64,000 nt of DNA, taken from NCBI GenBank assembly GCA_051599415.1, contig AP039689.1, positions 806,001 to 870,000 of the forward strand, written 5' to 3'. The stretch is from Savitreella phatthalungensis (taxonomy: Eukaryota). The translations under genes and the position numbers were made by a program. The notes beneath the pieces were generated by a model, which was not told where the DNA came from, ran no database searches, and saw nothing but the letters and a program-made list of their open reading frames with translations. This document shows, piece after piece, positions 55,856-64,000 of the stretch (position 1 is the first letter of the stretch; every line of letters begins with the position of its first letter).

Positions 55856-56279
55856 GTATTGCGCGTGCTGTGTAACCCTCATTGACTACGAACGATGGCT
55901 CAACACGTACTCAAAGATATGGTCTGAAAAGTTGAACTACTCGGAGCACACTGTAGTGCGCAGTACGTGCACGGGGATTCATCGCATGCTAATTTGTAAT
56001 CTCACTACGACCATTCTCTCTTGATCAACTGACTCATGGACAATCAACCGATAAAGTCAGTTGAACTTTTCTCCTTTGCTGGATTGATGATCAATAATAA
56101 ACTGTATCATCGATGATGTATGCATATATTCAGAAAAGTCAAAGTCAAGATGACCCACTCGCGTATACTCACCATATCCCACGCTCCGTCGAACCACAAG
56201 GTTATTGTATACGTGCTTTCCACATCAAAGGTGCCGATAAGTGTGGATCGGTCGTAATACGCCGCGTGAACGTTTGGAT

Positions 56280-57215
56280 ATGTCCTTGGGCACGACAGCC
56301 CGGGAGCCTCTCCTCCCGGCAACCGATCCTCCAAAGCCGACAGATGGAGCACCGAAAGATGCAGCTGTAGGCGTCGGCTCTCTGCCCATCACAGGATTCG
56401 TTGCAGGTGTTCTCTCCGGAGTGACCAAGCTGGTCATCGGCCATCCATTCGACACGCTCAAGGTGAGAATGCAGGTGGACTCTGCGCGATTCAATAACTC
56501 TGTCGTCACATGTCTGCGCCGGACAGTAGCTCAGGAAGGTCTCCGGGGGCTCTATAAGGGTGGCACGCCACCGTTATTTGGGTGGGCGGTGATGGACTCT
56601 GTCATGCTTGGTTCGCTGTCTAACTATCGTCGTCTGCTGGCAGGCGAGTCTGGACAGTTGACTCTCCCACAGCACGCCCTTGCCGGCCTTGGTGCCGGTC
56701 TCACAGTCTCCCTGGTAGCGACACCGATCGAGCACGTCAAGGCTCGACTGCAGATCCAGTACGACGCGTCCTCAAAGGTCTACTCCGGACCGATCGACTG
56801 CATCATGCGGCTCGTTCGCCAGCGTAAGCTGTATAAGGGACTCGTCGCGACGATGGCGCAGCGCTCATGGTTCAGTGCCTACTGGGCGACGTACGCGGTG
56901 TGTCAAAGCGCTTTGACAGACTCGAAGCTCTCACCGGGTGCAAAGTCGTTCTGGGCAGGCGGTCTGGCAGCCTCACTCTACTGGTTCTTCGCCTTCCCAG
57001 CTGACGTTGTCAAGCAACGCATCATGACAGACTCTCTCACGAATCCACGGTATAAGTCCTGGGCCGATTGCGTGAAACAGATCTGGACGCGCGAAGGACT
57101 CCGAGGACTGTATCGCGGCTTCACACCATGTTTTCTCCGGTCCTTCCCGACCAATGCGTCAGCAGTCTTTGTATTTGACACGACGATGAGGTACATGACG
57201 CAATTCGGTTTCTAA
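56280..57215 (+). CDS. Mitochondrial carrier protein (carnitine/ornithine/amino-acid carrier group)
   Basis: Three Px[DE]xxK motifs (HPFDTLKVRMQ, TPIEHVKARLQ, FPADVVKQR) and LRSFPTNA. Confidence 0.92.
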   Translation: MSLGTTAREPLLPATDPPKPTDGAPKDAAVGVGSLPITGFVAGVLSGVTKLVIGHPFDTLKVRMQVDSARFNNSVVTCLRRTVAQEGLRGLYKGGTPPLFGWAVMDSVMLGSLSNYRRLLAGESGQLTLPQHALAGLGAGLTVSLVATPIEHVKARLQIQYDASSKVYSGPIDCIMRLVRQRKLYKGLVATMAQRSWFSAYWATYAVCQSALTDSKLSPGAKSFWAGGLAASLYWFFAFPADVVKQRIMTDSLTNPRYKSWADCVKQIWTREGLRGLYRGFTPCFLRSFPTNASAVFVFDTTMRYMTQFGF

Positions 57216-57251
57216 ATCGGAGTCAAATGAAGTGACTCTGGAAGTATACTA

Positions 57252-57920
57252 CTAATGTTTCTCCTCGCCGACGATCCGGATTTCCTCGATAGCGTCGCAC
57301 TGACAGCTGTTGATGGCTACAGAGCCAAGGGCTGCACTGGTGGCAACAGGGCCATTGCGTCGCTGCGACCCCAACGAAACCCATGCGCCGGAGCCAATGC
57401 GGCCAAAGCAGAGCTCGCCGAGCGCAATGCCCGCACAAATGCTGAGAAAGTAGGAAGATACCATGGTCATGGCAGCCAGCATGAGGAAATACCCTGCCAC
57501 TGCCTCGACAAATGCAGCGACAGTCCTGATGGTTTCGCGACGGACGTTGAATGGCATGTCGCGCACATATGCAAGCCCTTCTTCACCATCGTCTCCAGCC
57601 TCCACATCCACCAAGCCCGCGATGCGAGCATTAGACAGCGCTGCGCGTAGTATCGCTTTGCCAGTCTTCAGGTATCGCGTCCGCTCGACATCCCTGAATC
57701 GCATTGACCAGTAGTGGAGGCCGCGGTAGAGGGCTGCGAGAGCGATCAGCGCCAGGCAAGAGCCAAAGTGAGCGCCAGAAACGGGCGAGTACATGCCTGC
57801 GGCGGTTGGCAACCAACCCTTGAAGACGATCGGCGTGCCCTCCCAAGAATTTTTGAATGTCATGGCCATCGGGTCAGCCATCATGACCTCATGGTCCATG
57901 TCCATTCGTGGCAGCAACAT
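57252..57920 (-). CDS. Ctr-family copper transporter
   Basis: Met-rich N-terminus (MDMDHEVMM..MAMTF), F.GW, GYFLMLAAM (MxxxM), G.ALGE..FG and a C-terminal CQC. Confidence 0.88.
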   Translation of the reverse strand: MLLPRMDMDHEVMMADPMAMTFKNSWEGTPIVFKGWLPTAAGMYSPVSGAHFGSCLALIALAALYRGLHYWSMRFRDVERTRYLKTGKAILRAALSNARIAGLVDVEAGDDGEEGLAYVRDMPFNVRRETIRTVAAFVEAVAGYFLMLAAMTMVSSYFLSICAGIALGELCFGRIGSGAWVSLGSQRRNGPVATSAALGSVAINSCQCDAIEEIRIVGEEKH

Positions 57921-58079
57921 CTTCGGAAATTCTGTCACCGTCTCGTCCCCTCCGTCACTTCAGACCGACAGACGAAGATACCCTGTTGACTCCTTTCCAA
58001 GGGTCGAACGTGAGCTCTATGTATAAATACAGATAGACAGATGTCTGAGCGCAAAAGTAAAACCGCTCATGATCATGAG

Positions 58080-58080
<1 letters not shown>

Positions 58081-58126
<46 letters not shown>
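58081..58126. repeat. 46-nt poly(C)/poly(G) homopolymer
   Basis: Uninterrupted C run. Confidence 0.9.
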
Positions 58127-59938
58127 TGGCCCTTTTCCATGTTATCAACCTCATCTCATCATAAAGGCCTCAATCCGCAGCACTCTCCACCCGTTTCATA
58201 ACGTTTACCCGCGGCCTTTTAGTCCTTCAGGGTGGATAAATCGCGCAAAGCAGTCCAAACAGAGCCACCACAGCCACACCAACAATAAACACGTGGTAGG
58301 GATTGAAGACTTCGGGATGCAGCCGTCGAACGCTCCGATGAATGCAGGAGATGCAATCTGACTCTTCCCATAGACAGCAATGTGCACTTATGATGTAGCT
58401 CGATCGAAAGAGAGAGTAACGCCATCCCTAATGATGACGATGACCTTCACCGACTTCGGTGGAGAATCCAAATCTACCGTTTTTTGAAAATGGTAAATTT
58501 TGCGATGTCGATGACGACCCTGCATATACTCCACATCGCTGACCCAGAACTCTGGGTCAGGATTGCATCACGGTCGAACGCACGCTCTGTCTCACCTGCC
58601 AACCCAGCAACTCGCCACCGAGACAAATTTCCTCAAACGATAGACAACTCATGTGGACGATTGTAGTCCTCTGGCAAGTACAAGCACGTGTAGTCGAGGC
58701 TCTCGTGAACCCCCGAATTGAACTATTGATCTCCGCACGAGTGCGGTATCATCCAATACAATATTCGTCAACGACAGTACAGATGGGACAACACTTCAAA
58801 GCGAAGATCTCGTCTCTCTTGTACGTGTACAGGTGAGTGGGATGTAATGTAAAAATAGATTGCTATGAGGGGTGGGGGTTGATAAGGATGACATGTGCAT
58901 GAGATGTCGACGGGGATCCGTTCAACCACCGCGCTCGGACATGACATCGGAAGAAGATCCCGTTGTCGCCATCCTCAATGCGTGGAGATCGTCGGCAAGA
59001 GATTCCTCAATGGAGAGGTCGTTGTGATTGGATTGGGTGGGCTGTCATGACACGACAAGCGGAAGTCGCAGAGGTGGGAGAAATAGAAAGTTCGTCACTG
59101 GACTGTCGCTAAAAATGACAACATGTGCGGTAAGAAGTACCGTCGGGGTATGTTCGGACAAAAAGCTTATTCACCCGCGGCGAAGGAAAGTGGCACCTGT
59201 CATCATAAGCTGTTGGGAGTCAGCCTTCTAAACATCTGATTGCCACCTGCACGCTAGACACTTTCATTGGTTGCTAAGAAAAGAATCTCCAAAGAAGGAA
59301 ACTATGTCGATCGTCACTCTGACAGAAAATGGAAATTCAATTCAGTGAAACACCTTGAAAACGCCTCAGATGCAGCACTGTGCAGCACTGTACAATGTGT
59401 GCATGTGCTAAGCCTCGTTGAAGTACACCAAATTCAGCATTTTCCACGTCCATCGTTTTTGTGTTTGCATGCATGCATGGCTGACCATTTTAGCCGCAAA
59501 CTCTACACGTTTCACTTCTCCACCTGCAAAAAAAGTTAGGAAAGTAAGTCACTTGAATTAAGCTAAGCTAAGCTTTTTAATCTATGACAGCAGCGTTTCT
59601 AGTCACTCGGCTCAACTTGTCCAGTTTCCTCATAGCGTCCCGCCCCAATCAGCCCAGACGTCATCCTCATCGGCAATTCCAACCTCCGAAGATTCGGTTG
59701 GAAAAGCTGTCATTGCTCCAGCCTGCAAGCCAGCCGCACGAGGGACATGCTATGATGCACTCGGTCGAAGTGACAAACTTGCCGATCACCATGCGCCATC
59801 GTAGTTTGCTCCTTCAGTCACTCACGACGCCAAAATAGAAGCACGACGAATATATAACACACCATCACCCCTACCTTCAAGACCATCAATCGAACAACAG
59901 CTTCCAACACAACAACAACAACAACTCTTCAATTAACG

Positions 59939-60517
59939 ATGCTCTTCTCAACACTTGCCCTTGCCTCTGCCGCATTCGCAGCACCAACCTTCAACAAGCG
60001 CCAGGATGACGGTGGCTTCAAGCTCAAGGTAATCTCTGACAACTCTACCATCGACGGTGGAACGATCTCGCCCGCTCACGCAGGTGCTGCCATCGAGGCC
60101 GCGGCGGTCAGCAATGGCGGAGTCGACCTCTCACAGGCGACCACCTACTATTTCAACTCGACCGACTCCTACAACAACACCGGCGTCGTCTACTGGAATC
60201 TGCCGACGACCAGCAACGAGGGAACCACAAACGTTCCATCTGGTCTCAAGATCATCTACACACCCCTGACCTCGACCACACCCCTCCAGTTCTCCCCTGG
60301 AGCATCACCGCAGGACAACGCCGGCTTCCAGCTCGCCTTTGACGACAACGACTACCTCGTCCTCGGCTTCCCCGAGTACGGTACCTCGCGCTTCTACGCC
60401 TGCCAGCAGCAGGTCGGTTCAGGCTACAACTACTACTCGCTCGCTTGGTCGACTGACGCTCGCGAGCCTGAGAACCCCACTTGCTCTGCAGTCCAGATCC
60501 AGCGTGTCTACGTCTAA
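59939..60517 (+). CDS. Small secreted cell-wall-type protein (resembles the Pga31/Rhd3-like beta-fold family)
   Basis: Signal peptide, KR site, HAGAAIE motif, FYAC..Y..LAW....P.C..V.I.RV; strong codon bias. Confidence 0.7.
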   Translation: MLFSTLALASAAFAAPTFNKRQDDGGFKLKVISDNSTIDGGTISPAHAGAAIEAAAVSNGGVDLSQATTYYFNSTDSYNNTGVVYWNLPTTSNEGTTNVPSGLKIIYTPLTSTTPLQFSPGASPQDNAGFQLAFDDNDYLVLGFPEYGTSRFYACQQQVGSGYNYYSLAWSTDAREPENPTCSAVQIQRVYV

Positions 60518-60991
60518 GAAGCACCAGCACATGAGTAAGACACTTCACGACCATTCAACGATCGAATGAACAATAAAAATGCGACGAATCCAAACGCACC
60601 GGCTCCCTTTTACGAAGTCCCAAGGGATGCGCCGACCACAAAGAGGACGTAGTACTCCGAAGTCCTTAGGAAAAACACAGATCAGATGTCTTAAAAGCGT
60701 AATACAGTCTTTTCAATCTACACACGACTTCCTCCATAGTGATGTGCTCCTTGCTTTAGATCGCATGACTAACTAGAACAGCTGTGATTAGCGTGGCAAG
60801 CACATCCTTTGTGACCTGCCGGCCATGGACTACACATCCCCAGAGCTTATATGAGTCCATGTGTACCTGATTATCTGTACCGATCACTCTGGCTGGAACA
60901 TGCCCGGCCAAGATCCTCGTATGGGCACTAGCACACCATAAATGGACGACACGCCCCTGCTCCATGGCGCGCGCGCGCCCCACCCACCAAC

Positions 60992-62554
60992 ATGCGAATA
61001 CCAAAATCTGTTGCCCTCATCATCGCGATACCGACCAAAGCCATCGCTGCTACTCCCACATCCAATTCACTCGACGAGCTGCGTCCATGCCGAGCACGGA
61101 CATCCGCCCTCACAGCGACAACCACCCAGCTTCCATCGCCAACCGTCGTCCAATCCCAAGAAGAAACCACAACAGCTGGAAGCAGTTGTGCGGTGGCTGG
61201 GGTGGGGGAGACTGGGTTTGCTGTGGCGCTGACTCGAGCAGCGATGGGTGGTGATTGTAAGGAGGTTGTTGTGTCAGGCCGTGCTGTTATTGATGCTGCG
61301 ATTGTGATGACTGATTTGAAGGACCTCACGATCACGTTCACAGGATCGATCGAGTTGAAGGCCGACCTCGCTTACTGGACGAAAAACAGCAGCTCGGACG
61401 AGGCAGGCAGCAGATACTGGAGCGCTTTGAAAGCGTACCAGAACAACCGCGGCGTCTTCGTTGTCGGTGGGTCGGATGTGCGGGTTCGAGGTCGTCCGGC
61501 AGATGGAACGGCTGATAAAGTGCAGTATTTTGGTCACGGCGATATTTTGTCGGGTGCCACTGATAAGCCCGTGCTTTTCCACCTGTACAACGTATGTTCT
61601 GACGGACTCGCATGCACACAGGCACAGGAACGGAGCTGACCAGTAACAGTGCACGAGGTGCGAGTATTCAGGTTTCCATCATGTCGATCCGCCATTCTGG
61701 TCGCTCATGGTGGCTAACAGCCAGCAGGTCAACGTGTCTGACTATGCCGCTACAGTCTCTGGCGACTGGAAAAACACCGACGGCATAGATCTGTACCAAT
61801 CGCAGGACGTTATGCTTCAGAACGTAAACCCCTCCGTCCTAGGCCGATCTGTGATCGACGATTTGCTGACTTTTTGTTACAGCTTGATCTCCAGGTTACG
61901 GACGATTGCATCGCCGTCAAAGGCGGCACTTCGAAAGTCTCTGCGCGCGGAATACAGTGTGGCAAGCGCTGCCACGGCGTTAGCGTTGGATCTCTAGGTC
62001 AATACACGGATACGACGCCAGCGCTCGACTCTGTCAGAGACGTGGTTGTTGAGGACGTTACGTTGACGAATTGTACGTACGGAGCACGTCTGAAGTCCTG
62101 GACTGGTGATACCACAGGCAAAATGCATGGAGGTCTCACCGGTGGTGGTGGCTCGGCTGAAGTGGTCAATATCGCCTTCAGAAACTTCACTATCGTCAAT
62201 GGGCAATCTGCAGCCATCGTCCTCGATACTTGCTATGGCGGTGATGAGACTTCTCCTGATTGCAATGGCCATTCCTCCAAAGTTAGCTTCGAAAATGTCA
62301 TGTTCGACGGCTTCCGAGGCGAGACGACCGGCCACAAGGGCAGGTTTGCAGAGCTTGTCTGCTCGGGTGTCTGCAAGAATGTGACCGTGCAAGACTTCAA
62401 GTGCTCAGGGAGCGCAGCCAAATGCGATGGTCTCGACAAGAGCCTCCTCACAGGTCTACAGTGCACAAGTCTCACAGACAGCGCGGTACCTAGCAAGATG
62501 AAGACTTCCGCCGCGACACAGGTCTCCATGCCCGCGCGAGCAAAAAATGTGTAG
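60992..62554 (+). CDS. GH28 exo-polygalacturonase-like pectinase; exons 60992-61591, 61650-61823 and 61883-62554
   Basis: Introns GTATGT..GCTGAC..CAG and GTAAAC..GCTGAC..CAG join PPFW, NTDGID, TDDCIAVK, CHGVSVGSLG, GARLKSW and GGGGS in frame. Confidence 0.88.
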
Positions 62555-62602
62555 CAGACCGGCTTCATATTTCGTAGCACATCTCATCACGATGAGGAAG
62601 TC

Positions 62603-63043
62603 TTATGCCACTTTGCGACTGCGAGCTCTACCCTTTGGAGTCGGTGTGTACTCTGGGCTACTGGTCTCGGGAGAGTCGGTGAGATGGGCCGATGCGCCCC
62701 TGCGTGTGTCACTGTTCTTGAGCGGTCGCCAGTCTGCCTCGACTGCAGCTAGATCCTCTTCGGTGACGACAGCCTCCGGTCCTTTATCACGCTGGTCTCC
62801 GGCTATCCTGCTGCCTTCTCCACCGAGTCTTTCCCATGGTGGGATCCACTTTTTCTCCTCCTGCTTCCGACGCCGCGTAGCGTCCGGATGAGCAGTTCCT
62901 CGAGGCTGCAGGAGAATCAGGATCACAGCCAAGCCTAGCAAAGCTGCAAACCACACTAGCGGCGATGACAGCACCCACCCATACGCTTCTAGCAACTTGT
63001 ATCGCAGTGGAATGATTTTCTCATACCTGTGCCGATCCTCCAT
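62603..63043 (-). CDS. Hypothetical 146-aa single-pass membrane protein
   Basis: ATG-initiated ORF with one clear hydrophobic helix (LVWFAALLGLAVILILL) and a charged C-terminus; fills the gap between GH28 and DSC3. Confidence 0.55.
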   Translation of the reverse strand: MEDRHRYEKIIPLRYKLLEAYGWVLSSPLVWFAALLGLAVILILLQPRGTAHPDATRRRKQEEKKWIPPWERLGGEGSRIAGDQRDKGPEAVVTEEDLAAVEADWRPLKNSDTRRGASAHLTDSPETSSPEYTPTPKGRARSRKVA

Positions 63044-63383
63044 TGGAATGAACAGAATCTTCCGAGCTAGCGAGAGGCAGGGCCGAGGGGAGCCTTGTCA
63101 CCCTGCTAGTTTCTGTTTGTTGTGTGTGAGGTGGGTGTCCTTTCGAGGTGTGTCGTCATTTATCATATTGGTGTATCCTTGTACATAATTGATCCGACAA
63201 GTCGTACCCGCCCTAATTCAGTTACTTGTGAGTCTGTACAAGAAGAGGAAGCTGCAGCACTACGCGCACGCTCACAATCAGCTGCAATCTTCGACGGGGC
63301 GTTCGCTGGAGCCCAGGTAATTCGGTGCTAGAGCTCGGATGGAGCTAATGTCATGTTAAGAGTGGCTCGCTTGCTCATCGTTG

Positions 63384-64000
63384 ATGGATTTGGAAGATAC
63401 AGCAGGGAAGGCAACCTCTTCTAAGTCTGCTGAAGCCGCGGCCGCGGCTGGTGCTGCAGCTAGCACTGCCACAGCACATGCAGCGCAAGTCGAGGCAGAT
63501 GATGAACCAGTGGTCCTGCGTGTGAGGTTCGCTTCGGCGATCGTATCGGATCTTGTTCACGCGCTCACGCCTGGCCTCACGGCTGGTGATTTGAAGGACG
63601 CCGTGCGTGCTGCAAGACCGGCAGACACGAAAGGGCGTATCCTGCGGCTGATTTACCTTGGCAAGATCCTCGGAGATCCCGTACAGCTGACGGACGTATG
63701 CCGGCCACCTCCGCGAACAGCGCTACGTGCATCCGACGCAGCTCCCGCCACCGGTCCAAGTACGACTGGGAAGGGCAAAGCACGGGTGAAAGCAAGGGAA
63801 GTGGTACTACAGTGCAGCATTGGTGCGCTGATTGCGGATCTGGCAAAGGAGGCACAAGCTAGGCGAGCTACAGAGTCGGCAACGGCATCTGCAGGGAGCA
63901 CGCAAGCGGGCACGCCAGCAGGCCAAGCAACACCGCAACCGGGTTTGGCTAACGGCAATACAACGACCCCGGCTCCTCGTGGCTTCGACAGACTGCGTGC
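63384..64000 (+). CDS. DSC3: DSC E3 ligase complex subunit Dsc3 (UBL-like N-terminal domain), truncated by the window end
   Basis: Open frame from ATG 63384: VVLRVRFAS..DL..LK..VR..RP..RILRLIYLGKIL, KGKA, LQCSIG, PAPRGFDRL. Confidence 0.82.
   Translation, partial: MDLEDTAGKATSSKSAEAAAAAGAAASTATAHAAQVEADDEPVVLRVRFASAIVSDLVHALTPGLTAGDLKDAVRAARPADTKGRILRLIYLGKILGDPVQLTDVCRPPPRTALRASDAAPATGPSTTGKGKARVKAREVVLQCSIGALIADLAKEAQARRATESATASAGSTQAGTPAGQATPQPGLANGNTTTPAPRGFDRLR

Noticed and set aside
57955..58361. Poly-Gly and poly-Pro ORFs
   Set aside because: They are translations of the C46 homopolymer.

Overview
This window is eukaryotic, gene-dense, intron-poor fungal DNA. The short GT-AG introns with CTRAC branch points, the compact spacing and the protein set fit an ascomycete. 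A Taphrinomycotina-like yeast is my inference and is not verified. About 35 protein genes are recognisable. Most are housekeeping: a GT32 mannosyltransferase, SIP5, MPH1, ubiquitin-eL40, PRO3, PKA, MET30/SconB, ATG17, APC1, RPB9, CTK3, RIO1, SNX3, STRAP, HEM12, TPT1, TRF4, MDM35, BRN1, TRP4, ANT1, DSC3 and four mitoribosomal proteins. The right end adds a copper transporter, secreted proteins and a GH28 pectinase. I could not support any tRNA, rRNA, transposon or CRISPR array. The most interesting signals are non-coding: (1) a 444-nt ubiquitin-eL40 intron whose nested cryptic splice signals sit inside mutually exclusive hairpins, a candidate splicing switch or intronic RNA; (2) a compact cloverleaf-like hairpin array upstream of the copper transporter, near a 46-nt C/G tract; (3) single short uORFs in otherwise ATG-free upstream regions of PKA and MET30; (4) clustered promoter motifs. 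A His-rich tail on Met30 also stands out. All structure and function claims come from reading by eye and are untested.
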